NCBI GenBank assembly: GCA_963769425.1
Contig: CAVYLP010000001.1
Span: 256,001 to 320,000 of the forward strand
Source: Candidatus Bathyarchaeota archaeon
GTDB lineage: Archaea; Thermoproteota; Bathyarchaeia; TCS64
Direction: 5' to 3'
Length of the DNA stretch: 64,000 bases
Numbering within the stretch: position 1 is the first letter of the stretch; each line of letters starts with the position of its first letter. Positions 1-10,237 of this stretch are shown here, piece after piece. The position numbers and the translations under genes are program-made. The notes beneath the pieces were generated by a model. The model made no database searches. It had not been told where the DNA came from and saw nothing but the letters and a program-made list of their open reading frames with translations.

Positions 1-1522
1 CCCATGAAACTAGTAGCACCGGGGCCGTCTTCAGCGTCTGTGAGACGGCAGTCGCGGCCCCGGTCTCGTCGACGCTCCTCGTGAAGACGAGGATAGCCCC
101 CGAGAGGAAACTGTACTTCGTGAGGGGGACGATGATCTTCCTGAAGACATGAAGGGGCTTGCTCCCTAGGGTCCTCGCTGTCTCCTCCATCTCCTCAGGT
201 ATCCCCTCTATTGCGGCTGCCATGGCCTGTACGAAGTAGGTGTAGGTGATAGTCATGTGTGCGAAGACTAGTATCCAGAACTCGGGTAGGAAGCCGAATG
301 AGCGCCAGAATATTCCCAGAGATACACCAAGGGCGACACTTGGCACGACGATGGGGACGTTCACGACGGCGTCGAGGAGCGTCGTCCAGAGCCTTCCCAG
401 CCTCTTCCTCGCGATGAGGATGGCGATGGGCAGTCCCAGACCGATATTTATGAACGTCACGAGGATGGCTATAGTATAGGAGAGGGACATCGCCTGCCAG
501 AAGCTGCCCCAGACTCCAACCCCTGAGATGGCTTTCTGTAGCGTTCCGTCTGTCAACGCGGTCGCTGCGGGGAACGTGATGTAGATTGCAGGAATCAGGA
601 CGAAGAAGCCAAATATCAGCAACATGAGGGTGTTACGCGTGTTCACGCTCCAATCCGAGCTCAGCCTCGCCTCCGGATCTGGGTAGACCCTGTTTATTGG
701 TATCTTCAACCTATTGCCGAGAAGGCGGATGATAGCGAATACTGTCACCGAGGATATTATGAGTGTGAAGCTAACGAGGACCATGGGACCCTGGAGGCCT
801 GCATCCTGAGCGTTCTTGATGAAAACTGGGCCGTTCTCGAAGCCCCCGGCTACGATAACAGTTGCGCCTGTTTCCGACAGTGATCTAGCGAAGGCGAGCA
901 GAAATGCGGCTATCAACCCTGGTCTGAGGAGTGGAAGCGTCACTGTTCTCGCGATAGTGAAGGCCCGTGCCCCGAGGGTCTTAGCTGCTGTCTCATAGAT
1001 CGTGTTATACGCGAGTAGCTCGCCGACCATGACCCTGACGACGACTGGGAAGGAGAACGTGAAGTGGAGGAGAAGGACGAGGATGAGTCCCGGGGCAATC
1101 GAGACCCCGAGGATGCTAATGGGACCCGTGTTACCCCAGAAGAGGAGCGTTGAAAAGCCCAGGGCCACTGTCGGGATGACGAACGGGATGTCGGCGAGGG
1201 CGTCCAACACGCTGATCCATCTCGACTTCCCCCTCGCGATGTACCAAGCGAACGGAAGACCCGCCAGAAGGTCAAGTGTCGCCACGGAGAGCGCGATCGC
1301 GAACGACCAGAAGATCGAGGCCTCCGCGCGCCCGAGAAGGGCGCTGTTCGAGAGGACCTCCCCCGCTAGGTTTAGTTTAAAGGTTATCCCGAGGATCGGG
1401 GGGAGGAGGATGAAGGAGACGAGGAAGACGATGGCGAGGACGTAAACTGCCCGCTTCGACCCGCGGTGAGACGACAACCTGTCAAGCCTCACCATGATCG
1501 AGCCGAGTATACGATTCGCCAT
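1..1522 (-). CDS. ABC transporter permease, double-length ModB/WtpB/CysT-like (partial, runs off left edge)
   Basis: Manual translation MANRILGSIMVRLDRL...DIPFVIPTVALG...YETAAKTLGA...FARSLSETGATVIVAG, with a second EAA-type loop (MEETARTLG) near 170-190. Missing from the ORF track because the stop lies outside the window. Confidence 0.85.
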   Translation of the reverse strand, partial: MANRILGSIMVRLDRLSSHRGSKRAVYVLAIVFLVSFILLPPILGITFKLNLAGEVLSNSALLGRAEASIFWSFAIALSVATLDLLAGLPFAWYIARGKSRWISVLDALADIPFVIPTVALGFSTLLFWGNTGPISILGVSIAPGLILVLLLHFTFSFPVVVRVMVGELLAYNTIYETAAKTLGARAFTIARTVTLPLLRPGLIAAFLLAFARSLSETGATVIVAGGFENGPVFIKNAQDAGLQGPMVLVSFTLIISSVTVFAIIRLLGNRLKIPINRVYPDPEARLSSDWSVNTRNTLMLLIFGFFVLIPAIYITFPAATALTDGTLQKAISGVGVWGSFWQAMSLSYTIAILVTFINIGLGLPIAILIARKRLGRLWTTLLDAVVNVPIVVPSVALGVSLGIFWRSFGFLPEFWILVFAHMTITYTYFVQAMAAAIEGIPEEMEETARTLGSKPLHVFRKIIVPLTKYSFLSGAILVFTRSVDETGAATAVSQTLKTAPVLLVSW

Positions 1523-1616
1523 CTTCCCTACTCCGGTATATAGTTACGAACGCTGTTTCATGAATCGAAGCAGTCTATCAGCTTTATAATTTCCTTTCAT
1601 AGAAAATATATTTCAC

Positions 1617-1639
1617 TATAATCTATATAATCTATATAA
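1617..1639. repeat. Tandem 9-mer TATAATCTA x2.5 in divergent promoter region
   Basis: tataatcta tataatcta tataa, read directly from the sequence. Confidence 0.7.
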
Positions 1640-1731
1640 ATCTCGCTCGGGGACCAACTCCGGAGTATTTTGCCCGGACCTCCTGAAAAGGGATTTAAGC
1701 GAAGCACCTCAACCCTATTCGGGCTGCCAGC

Positions 1732-2601
1732 TTGAGCGTGCTCATATTCACGGACAATCCAGGGGTTCAGGAGGTAAAGCTCGTCGCCGAGGAGCTCAGA
1801 GGGAGGGGCATCAAGGTGCGAGCTATGGCACCTTGGGACTTCAGCCTGCCGAATATGCCAAACCTCGACGCGAGTGTGGTATACGCTCCGAGCAACATGC
1901 TTCACCGTGGCAGCACATACGAGCTCACGCACAGGCTTCTGATCCTCCGAGAGCTGGAGAAAGGAGCAACTGTCGTCAACCCCGTCGAGTCGATGCTTGA
2001 GTACTCGAAGGAGCAGCTGAGCATGAGGCTTGCGAAGCTTGGTCTGCCTCACCCCAGCACGATTGCGACGGAGAACGTTGAGGAGGCGTATGCCTTCGCC
2101 TATAACCTCCTCGAGAAGGGGAAGGAGGTCGTCCTCAAGCCCACCTGCGGGGCGAGGGGTGTGGGAGTCACGAAGCTCAGCGGCATAAGGAGACGCGACG
2201 ACCTTCTGCAGTTCCTCGTCTGGTACACCCGTGAGCACGCGGAGGGTGTCTACTACCTCCAGGAGTACATACCGAACCTCGGCTATGACGTCCGTTGCCT
2301 CGTCATAGACGGCAATGTGGTCGGGAGAGAGAGGAGGTTCAACCAGCAGGACTTCCGATACAACGTCGCAGTGGGAGGCTCGGCAGAGGCCTACACCGAC
2401 CCCATCTATGATGATCTATCTGTCGCCGTAGCAGACGCCACTGGACTCAAAATATGCGGAGCGGACATCCTTCCCGGTGAGGACGGAAAACCATACGTCC
2501 TAGAAGCAAACTGTTATCCCGGCTACAAGGCCCTCATGGAGGCCACGGGCATATGCGTGCATGAGAGGATAGCAGACTACCTGCAGAGTCTGCTACGCTA
2601 G
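1732..2601 (+). CDS. RimK/LysX/MptN/CofF-family ATP-grasp ligase
   Basis: VVLKP..G.RG.GV, YLQEYIP, DVR, R.N...GG, G.D...LEAN..PG motifs. Confidence 0.88.
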   Translation: MSVLIFTDNPGVQEVKLVAEELRGRGIKVRAMAPWDFSLPNMPNLDASVVYAPSNMLHRGSTYELTHRLLILRELEKGATVVNPVESMLEYSKEQLSMRLAKLGLPHPSTIATENVEEAYAFAYNLLEKGKEVVLKPTCGARGVGVTKLSGIRRRDDLLQFLVWYTREHAEGVYYLQEYIPNLGYDVRCLVIDGNVVGRERRFNQQDFRYNVAVGGSAEAYTDPIYDDLSVAVADATGLKICGADILPGEDGKPYVLEANCYPGYKALMEATGICVHERIADYLQSLLR

Positions 2602-2801
2602 CTCCTCTTCCTGAATCGGGTTCCTCACTTTGTTCCCCCCGTATTTACGGGAGTTAATGTCCTCGCGTTTGACGTAGAGGTTACTGAATTCTATTACCTT
2701 CCCGAGCTTCTCTAGCCGCTGGATTGAGGTGGAAAAATCACCGAGCCCGGTTGGGGTTTTGCCTCGAGGCCGGGGTAGGTTTCGAGGATTATTGGCTTCA
2801 A
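2593..2801 (-). pseudogene. N-terminal fragment of D-cysteine desulfhydrase/ACC deaminase family
   Basis: Manual translation LKPIILETYPGL, frameshift, LGDFSTSIQRLEKLGKVIEFSNLYVKREDINSRKYGGNKVR; homology ends there. Confidence 0.75.
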
Positions 2802-2854
2802 AGGGACGCCACGATTTAGAGTCGTCCGAGGGTTGTTTAAGATTAACCGCTCGC

Positions 2855-3202
2855 TCAGAGTTCCCTAGCTTCGGCTAGTCGTACCAACTCCGAGTCGATC
2901 TCCGATCTTGGTAGCTCTATCTCACACGAGATGCTCCCGTCGTCCTCGCAAATGAGGGTGTAGCCTCGTTTCTCAAGAGCTTTGAGGAGGGTGGTCTTCT
3001 TCTCTAGCTTTGGGATGTTAACTTTCTCGCCACGACAGAGGGGAATCACAACCTCGACGAAGTATTGTACCTCCTCTTGCTTTATCCGTGCCCCGACCCC
3101 GACGCGTTTGTCCTCGCAGGATTCTAGGTGGGTATAGGATTCACCCCGGGGGGAGGACCGCGCCTCCCTCTTCAGGGCCTCAAGATCGATAGGTCGCATC
3201 AC
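2855..3202 (-). CDS. Hypothetical protein
   Basis: 115-aa ORF directly downstream of the ABC permease, same strand. Confidence 0.6.
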   Translation of the reverse strand: MMRPIDLEALKREARSSPRGESYTHLESCEDKRVGVGARIKQEEVQYFVEVVIPLCRGEKVNIPKLEKKTTLLKALEKRGYTLICEDDGSISCEIELPRSEIDSELVRLAEAREL

Positions 3203-3209
3203 CTTTTCC

Positions 3210-4340
3210 TCAGTTCTTCCCGAAGCGGCGGAAGGCGAGTATCCCGACCACGATGATGGTCAGGCTTGCCCCGGTCACGGTCAGCAGATCGTTGATGATG
3301 GCCGGGCTCGTCACAGGCGCACCCCTGAGGAAGATGCTCGTCAGCGCGTCGGTAACGTACCATGTCGGCACAAGACGTGAGATGTACTCGGGGGCCGGGA
3401 CGAAGGTGCCGAGGAACATGAGGGGGAGTATGAAGACGAAGCTGATGCCTGTCGCTGCGCCGCTGTTCCTAGCGAACGCGGCGGTGATGAGGCCAAGGCC
3501 GACGCTGGTCACGGTTAACGCGAGCACGGCGGCGAAGGCGACAGCTACCCCCGCGACACCGCCGAGGGGCCTGAAGCCCATCATATAGGACGCGCCGAAG
3601 ACCATGGCGACCTGGACTGCGCCGAGGACGAGGTTCGCCCCTATGTGGCCCGCGAAAATGTCACCGACCGTCGTGGGCGTCACGCTTAATCTCCTAAGGA
3701 TGCCCTGCTCACGCTCCGTCGTAAGTGCCTGGGCGACGATCATTATGAGGAAGACCGCCGCGTATCCGAAGAGACCCGGCGCCATGTATGAGAACTGGCT
3801 GATCTTCTGTGCCTCGACGAGTGTTGGTGCTCCGATCGTGATGGGTGTGCGGACCCTGCTCGTCGTCTGCGTCATAGCGGATAGAGTCTGACCGATGATC
3901 GACGGGATAGCTGCGCTGGCGACCATCGAGCCCTGGTCGATCGATAGGCCAAGTGTTGTGTTGTGCCAGTTAGATGGTTGAGTGGGGCTCAGGTTGTAGG
4001 ACTGGATGCTCTCGGTGAAGTCCGAGGGGATCGTTATAACCGCCTTCAGGTTACCCTGTTTCAGGTTTGACTGGGCAGCCGCGGGGTCCGTGTAGTTCTG
4101 TATTGAGAGGACCTCGATGTGGCTGAGGGCCGAAGTGAATGCCACCCCCACCGGTCCTGCGTCCTGGTTGATTACAGCTACGCTATACCTGCTCTCGCCT
4201 CCGCCGATTGCGCCGAAGCTGGCGCCGAAGGCGATCGTGAGAATCAGCGGGAAGGCTATGACCATGAAGAGGTTGGCGGGTTCCCGAATAGTCTTCTTGA
4301 GTTCCTTGACGATTAGAGCTGATACGCTTCTCGGGTTCAT
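3210..4340 (-). CDS. ABC-2 type exporter permease
   Basis: N-terminal TM, large extracellular loop, ERE.G.LRRL..TP motif, C-terminal TMs. Confidence 0.9.
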   Translation of the reverse strand: MNPRSVSALIVKELKKTIREPANLFMVIAFPLILTIAFGASFGAIGGGESRYSVAVINQDAGPVGVAFTSALSHIEVLSIQNYTDPAAAQSNLKQGNLKAVITIPSDFTESIQSYNLSPTQPSNWHNTTLGLSIDQGSMVASAAIPSIIGQTLSAMTQTTSRVRTPITIGAPTLVEAQKISQFSYMAPGLFGYAAVFLIMIVAQALTTEREQGILRRLSVTPTTVGDIFAGHIGANLVLGAVQVAMVFGASYMMGFRPLGGVAGVAVAFAAVLALTVTSVGLGLITAAFARNSGAATGISFVFILPLMFLGTFVPAPEYISRLVPTWYVTDALTSIFLRGAPVTSPAIINDLLTVTGASLTIIVVGILAFRRFGKN

Positions 4341-5108
4341 CTACGCTGCCTCCCTGATCTTGCGCCCCGTCATGGCGATGAACACGTCCTCGAGGCTGGC
4401 GGCGTCGTGCTTCTGTTTTAGCTCAGCCGGGGTCCCGAGAGCTATAAGCTTCCCGTTGTCTATGATGCCGACTCGGTCGGCGAGGGCCTCAACCTCCTCT
4501 ATGTAGTGGCTGGTGAGGACGACGGTCTTGCCGCGTTTCTTCAGGTCACGTATGATGTCCCAGGTGGCGTGGCGGCTCTGTGGGTCCATCGCGACGGTCG
4601 GCTCGTCTAGGAAGGCGACGGCTGGGTCGTTGATGAGGGCCATGGCGAGGCTGACCCTGCGGACCATACCCCCGCTGTATTTGCTCGCGCGTCTCCCCGC
4701 GTCCTCGCCGAGACCAACTGCCTCGATGAGCTGATTCGTTCTCTCCTTGAGCAGCTTCGGCTCTACGCCATGGAAGGTCCCGAATATCTCTATGTTCTCC
4801 CGGCCAGTCAGGTAGCTGTAGTATGCCGGCTCCTGTGGGCAGAAGCCGATTATCTTGTGAACCTTGTTAGCGTCCTTGGTGGCGTCGAAGCCGTTGACCC
4901 TCGCCGTGCCCGACGTTGGCTTCAGTATCCCACATAGGGTCTTTATCGTTACTGTCTTCCCCGCCCCGTTCGGGCCGAGGAGACCGAAGAGCTCACCAGC
5001 ATTGATAGTGAGGGTGAGGTCATCTACCGCCGTCTTGTCCTCGAACCGCTTCGTGAGGTTCTGGAGTTCTATCGAGTACATTTCTGTCATTCCTTGGAGG
5101 GTGGGCAT
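4341..5108 (-). CDS. ABC transporter ATP-binding protein (DrrA-like); start may be a downstream Met
   Basis: GPNGAGKT, YSGGM, LDEPT, H-loop. Confidence 0.93.
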   Translation of the reverse strand: MPTLQGMTEMYSIELQNLTKRFEDKTAVDDLTLTINAGELFGLLGPNGAGKTVTIKTLCGILKPTSGTARVNGFDATKDANKVHKIIGFCPQEPAYYSYLTGRENIEIFGTFHGVEPKLLKERTNQLIEAVGLGEDAGRRASKYSGGMVRRVSLAMALINDPAVAFLDEPTVAMDPQSRHATWDIIRDLKKRGKTVVLTSHYIEEVEALADRVGIIDNGKLIALGTPAELKQKHDAASLEDVFIAMTGRKIREAA

Positions 5109-5269
5109 CCGCTTATAGGGGTGTGTTAGCTGGTCGGGATCGTTTCGGGCACCCGCAGGTGGCTTTTAGGGGCGTTTCTTGAACCGGTTGGTTGAGGAAC
5201 TGGCACGGGGTGGAATCGGCTAGTGTTAAATACCCTTTTAGACGCCTTCTAGCTGAAAGGTGCCTGGTT

Positions 5270-6360
5270 ATGCCGAGCAAGCCTTATGTGAAGTTGAACG
5301 CCGGTGACCCCGACGTAGAGGCCCCGAAGTACGCCATCGAAGCGGTTCAGGACGCGATAAAGAAGGGTGGCGACTGGACCCACTACGGCGGGAACGAGAT
5401 TCCGAAGCAGTTCCGCGAGGCGGTCGTGGACTACTACAAGAAGTTTATCGGCCCCAGTACAAGGAATCGCAGGTTATCCCGGTGGCGGGCAGCAGCGCGG
5501 CTCTCTATATCGCTATGGCTTCCGTCCTCAAGGAGGGGGACGAGATCATCCTCTGGGAACCCAGCTACAGCAACCACTACGTCATGCTCAGGGACATGGG
5601 CATAAAGATGCAGATCCCTGAGCTGCCCCGGGAGAAGAAGTACCACATGGACCTCGACAAGCTGTCGAACTACGTGACGAAGAAGACGAAGGCGGTGCTG
5701 GTCTGCAACCCGAACAACCCGACGGGCTCCGTCTACACGAAGAAGGAGATTGAGGCAGTCGGCGACCTAGCGGAAGACCACGACCTCGCTATCTTCAGCG
5801 ACGAGATCTACCTCCATTACGTCTATGATAACAACAAGTTCGTCGCCCCGAGCACGATCAGGAACCTGAAGGAGAGGACGATCAACATCATGAGCTTCAG
5901 CAAGACGTTCAGCATGACGGGTTGGAGGCTAGGCTACGTTATCGTGCCCGACAAGTATCTGGCGAAGGCTCAGACGGTTGCGAAGGTGACCGCTCCTCGT
6001 CCCGCGACGTTCATATACCCCGCTGGCGTCGCGTGCCTGCGCGGCGACTTCAAGTACGTTGATGAGAGGCGGAAGGAGTACTCTGCCCGCCGCGACTACT
6101 TCACGAAGGCCATCGACGACATGGGTATGCCCTGCCACAAATTCGAGGGAGCCTTCTACGCTTGGTTCGACGCAAGGAAGTACGGTTTGAAGAGTGACGA
6201 CTTCATCGCAAAGCTTGAGAAGGCGGAGAACGTGGCGCTAAGCAGCGGTTCGGCATTCGGGACGAAGCAGGAGGGCTTCATCAGGGTGCCCATGACGGCT
6301 CCGATACCGGTCCTCAAGGACGTCGTCGAGCGCGTCAAGAGCTTCACAAGCAAACTGTAG
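5270..6360 (+). CDS. Class I/II PLP aminotransferase (aspartate aminotransferase-like), frameshift near 5455
   Basis: N-terminus MPSKPYVKLNAGDPD...THY in one frame; NPNNPTG, DEIY and SFSKTFSMTGWRLGY in the next. Confidence 0.88.
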
Positions 6361-6537
6361 ATCCCTTTCACGTCCATAAATACGCAAAAATGGAATGATC
6401 GGGACCCATCGGGTCATTTTTAAGGGTCCGGCATTTAGCAGTTTATATCCGGTTATCTTGATTCCCCCCCTCCCCCCTTTTAAAATCGCCCGTGTCTCCC
6501 CTCATGTTTTTTATTGGGTTGGTGTGGTGGTTAACCC

Positions 6538-7491
6538 ATGCTCGTTTTGAGCGATAGCGATGTTGCTGGCTTACTGACAATGGGGGAGGCGATCGAGGCG
6601 GTGGAGGGGGCCTTCGCCCAGCTCCGCCGCGGGAAGGTGGTGATGCCGACAAGGAGCACCATCATGCTACCCGAGTACAATGGGAGCATCAGCTTCATGC
6701 CCTCCTACTTGGAGGAGTCAAAGGCTCAGGCGATGAAGATAATCAGTATTTATCCCAACAACCCGAGGAAGGGGCTGCCGACGACGGCGGCCTGGATCGT
6801 CGTGAACGACCCTGAGACGGGGCAGATCAAGGCCTTCATGGACGGGACCTACCTGACAGGTGTAAGGACTGGCGCGGTCTCGGGCGTCGCGGCGAAATAC
6901 CTCGCGCCCAAGGATGCGAGGGTCGCCGCCGTCTTCGGGGCTGGAGCGCAGGCCCGCAACCAGGCGTGGGCGGCAGCCACCGTTCGGAAGCTCGACGAGA
7001 TAAGGGTCTACGACCCCATCAAGCTTGCCGTGGACAAGTTCGCAGAGGACATGGAGAAGAAGCTGGGGATACCCATCGTCAAGTCGGTTAGTGGGGAGGA
7101 GGCATGTAGAGGCGCTGATATTGTACTTACCGCTACCACATCCAAGACTCCCGTCGTTAAGCGGGCGTGGCTCGGCGATAGGGTTCACGTCTCCGCAATA
7201 GGCGCCTTCTACCCAGACTGGAGGGAGCTCGAGACGGGCATCATCAGAGATGCGAAGGTAGTCATCGACGAATGGTCTGCGATAAGACTTGAGTCGGGCG
7301 ACATACTCATCCCAATCAAGGAGGGTTCCATAAATGAGTCACATATATACGCCGAACTTGGCCAGTTGGTCACCGGCGAGAAACAGGGTAGAATCTCCTC
7401 AGACGGTCTCACGGTCTTCAAGAGCGTTGGCATCGCCATTCAGGACTCATCAGTCGCGAATCTCGTACTCAAGAAGATTAAGGAAAATTAA
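6538..7491 (+). CDS. Ornithine cyclodeaminase/mu-crystallin family (archaeal alanine dehydrogenase-like)
   Basis: K.ISIYP.NP..GLPT, RTGA, GAGAQA, FKSVG.AIQD. Confidence 0.9.
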   Translation: MLVLSDSDVAGLLTMGEAIEAVEGAFAQLRRGKVVMPTRSTIMLPEYNGSISFMPSYLEESKAQAMKIISIYPNNPRKGLPTTAAWIVVNDPETGQIKAFMDGTYLTGVRTGAVSGVAAKYLAPKDARVAAVFGAGAQARNQAWAAATVRKLDEIRVYDPIKLAVDKFAEDMEKKLGIPIVKSVSGEEACRGADIVLTATTSKTPVVKRAWLGDRVHVSAIGAFYPDWRELETGIIRDAKVVIDEWSAIRLESGDILIPIKEGSINESHIYAELGQLVTGEKQGRISSDGLTVFKSVGIAIQDSSVANLVLKKIKEN

Positions 7492-7568
7492 AACGACGAG
7501 CCTAGACGGTATTTTTTGCCCTAATTAAGTAAACACACTGGGGCTTTTATTCTCAGATCTAGTTCCTA

Positions 7569-8300
7569 TTGTTAGTGACTAGATTGCGCATAGACGCTGT
7601 CATGCTGATTGGTGGTCTTTCCGAGGCCGACCTGAAGAAAAGGATCGAGATCCTGAGGAGCTATGCCTCTCCAGGCACGGAGGTGAACCTCGTATTCACA
7701 AAGAATCCACCCCCGTCCGTTGATTCGCTTGCGGAGATGGAGCTAGCGGCCCCCGGGATACTCGAGCGGGTCGTCAAGTCGGAGAGGGAGGGCGCTGACG
7801 CGGTGCTCATCTGGGGCGGCCACGACCCGTCGCTGCTCTCTGCCCGAAGCCTCGTCGACATACCCGTACTCGGTCCCGGAAGCGCCTCGATGCACGTCGC
7901 CAGCTTCCTAGCCGACTACTTCAGCCTAATAGTGCAGCTCCCCGAGGTGGAGCAGCTCGCGTGGCGCCAGATAAGAGACTACAGACTTGAGGAGAAGTGT
8001 GTCGGCGTCTACAGCGTCGACATCCCCGTGCTGGAGCTGGGGAAGCCGGAGAGCTACGATGCGGTAAAGGAGACGGTGATCGAGTCGATCGACGACGGCG
8101 CGGACGCCGTCTGCTTCGGCTGCATGGCGTTGAACAACCACGTGGACAGGCTCACGGAGGAGCTCAGGGAGACCCACCCGGGGGCAACAATCGTCCATCC
8201 CGGCAGAACATCGATCAGGTTGGCGGAGATGCTCGTCGAGCTAGGCTTGACCCAGAGCAGGTTCACCTACCCGAGCCCGCCGAAGCCCCTCAAGCTCTAA
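7569..8300 (+). CDS. Asp/Glu/hydantoin racemase family protein
   Basis: ASPGTEV, GADAV, DP.L..AR..VDIPV.GPG, GADAV.FGCM, C-terminal YP.P. Confidence 0.8.
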   Translation: MLVTRLRIDAVMLIGGLSEADLKKRIEILRSYASPGTEVNLVFTKNPPPSVDSLAEMELAAPGILERVVKSEREGADAVLIWGGHDPSLLSARSLVDIPVLGPGSASMHVASFLADYFSLIVQLPEVEQLAWRQIRDYRLEEKCVGVYSVDIPVLELGKPESYDAVKETVIESIDDGADAVCFGCMALNNHVDRLTEELRETHPGATIVHPGRTSIRLAEMLVELGLTQSRFTYPSPPKPLKL

Positions 8301-8354
8301 GCAAGCCTATTATTAATCACAAATACTAGTTGAGGGAAAGTAATACTCGGTGAT

Positions 8355-9674
8355 ATGCGGAAGACAGGCGCCCTCTACCTCATCCTTCTCGCTTCGGAGT
8401 TCGTACTAATAGCCGTTCTATACACCCAGAAGGGGCTTATCTTTAGCGACGCCTCGTCGTTCCAGGTCGGCTGGACGGACACATGGGGGGGTCCCTACAG
8501 GGACTACGCCTACGACGCAGTCTTCGCAGGCGACGCCCTCTACGTCACCGGCGCTTCCTTCAACTACGGTCCCGGTCCGATCAACCTCGTCCTGCTGAAG
8601 TACAGCGGGGAGGGGGAGCGGCTCTGGAACAGGACCTTCTGGGACGGGGGCTACACTATGGGGCGAGGCCTCGCCTCCGACGGCAGCTCCGTCTACGTCA
8701 GCGGGATACACATCGACGAGAACGCCTCCTACTCGCTCTTGCTCAAATACGACCAGGAGGGGCGGCTGCTCTGGTCGAGGGAGTGGCGGCCGGGCCCCGA
8801 CGCCAAGTCGAGCGGGGTCGCACTTGACGCGAGGGGCAACGTCTACGTTACCGGCTACGTGATCCTCTCGCCCTTCGAGAACAGGGAGTTCCTGCTCAAG
8901 TACGGCGGTGACGGGAGCCTCATCTACTCTAGGGTCATAGACGCGAACGGCACAGAGACTGCGTGGGGCCTCTCCGTCACCGACGCCGTCTACATCTGTG
9001 GTGAGGTCACCCACAACACGACCATGCTGGAGAAGTACGGGGTGGCAACCGCCAGCATGTTGTTGAGGAAGGTCAGCCTAGACGGCGAGGTGATCTGGTC
9101 TAGGGAGGCCTTGTTCGGGCTGGACAGCGTCGCGAACTCGGTTGACTCTACGGGGGACATAGTCGTCGGGGGCTATATGATGTACAGGAACGAAACCGCT
9201 AAGGATGTCCTCCTGCGGTACGGGAGGGACGGCGAACTTGTGTCTACGAAGATTATGGGCGTCTCGGCGATAGAGGACATGATCTGGGGTGTGGCGGAGA
9301 CGGGGGAGTACACGTACATCGTGGGTCACACCCGCCCCTACTTCGACGACCTTAGCGATGCCGCCATCTACAAGCTGGGCCCCGGCGGCGCTATGCTCTG
9401 GGAGTACTACTACCGCGACTACAGCATAGACAGGTACAGGGCGGTCACCATACACGGCGACGACGTCTACGTGGTCGGGGAGACGTACTGGAGGAACCTC
9501 GACATGCAGATCCTCGTTAGGAAGTACACCTCGCCCAACGTGGTGTTGCCCCCAGAGGAGGCCCCAATCCTACGATCATCACCGTTGATAGTGGGAGTTC
9601 TCCTTGCCATCATCGCGGTCTATGGGATGGCTCAAACTCGATATGTAAGAAAGAGAAAGCATGGTACTCCGTAG
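8355..9674 (+). CDS. Membrane-anchored beta-propeller (SBBP-like repeat) protein
   Basis: Repeats of VA.D..G.VYV.G...LLKY...G..LW; TM segments at both termini. Confidence 0.8.
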   Translation: MRKTGALYLILLASEFVLIAVLYTQKGLIFSDASSFQVGWTDTWGGPYRDYAYDAVFAGDALYVTGASFNYGPGPINLVLLKYSGEGERLWNRTFWDGGYTMGRGLASDGSSVYVSGIHIDENASYSLLLKYDQEGRLLWSREWRPGPDAKSSGVALDARGNVYVTGYVILSPFENREFLLKYGGDGSLIYSRVIDANGTETAWGLSVTDAVYICGEVTHNTTMLEKYGVATASMLLRKVSLDGEVIWSREALFGLDSVANSVDSTGDIVVGGYMMYRNETAKDVLLRYGRDGELVSTKIMGVSAIEDMIWGVAETGEYTYIVGHTRPYFDDLSDAAIYKLGPGGAMLWEYYYRDYSIDRYRAVTIHGDDVYVVGETYWRNLDMQILVRKYTSPNVVLPPEEAPILRSSPLIVGVLLAIIAVYGMAQTRYVRKRKHGTP

Positions 9675-9730
9675 CCTATCGTTGTGGCCGTTATTAGAAA
9701 ATCAGCTTAAAAATGCCGAGGGCGTAGGCA

Positions 9731-10237
9731 ATGTGGATGTCGTTAATGCACCCACTCAGGCGCAAGGACAAGGAGATCATCGACGAGGGTGAGATTAAGG
9801 GAATACTTCGGGAGGCTGAGCACATGACGATTGCCATGAGCCTCGACGACGAGCCCTACCTCGCCACCCTCAGCCACGGCTACGACGAGGACCGCGACTG
9901 CATCTACTTCCACTGCGCGCGGGAAGGGAAGAAAGTGGAGATTCTGAGAACGAATCCACGTGTCTGGGGGCAGGCCCTCGTCGACAACGGCTACCAGCAG
10001 GGGAGCTGCGACCACCTCTACAGGACAGCCCAGTTCCGCGGCAGGGTCACCTTCGTAGACGACCAGAGGGAGAAAGAGCACGCCCTAGGCGTCATGATCA
10101 GGCACCTCGACGATGACCCGGAGAGGATCAAGCATGAGCAGATCACGCCCCACTCAACGGATCGCATACTCATCGGTCGGATAGACATCGACTACATGAG
10201 TGGGAAGAAGGCCGACAAAATAATCGTACAGCTCTAA
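9731..10237 (+). CDS. Pyridoxamine 5'-phosphate oxidase-like flavin-binding protein (NimA-like)
   Basis: RRKDKEI, PY, IYFHCA.EG.K, C-terminal SGK. Confidence 0.85.
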   Translation: MWMSLMHPLRRKDKEIIDEGEIKGILREAEHMTIAMSLDDEPYLATLSHGYDEDRDCIYFHCAREGKKVEILRTNPRVWGQALVDNGYQQGSCDHLYRTAQFRGRVTFVDDQREKEHALGVMIRHLDDDPERIKHEQITPHSTDRILIGRIDIDYMSGKKADKIIVQL

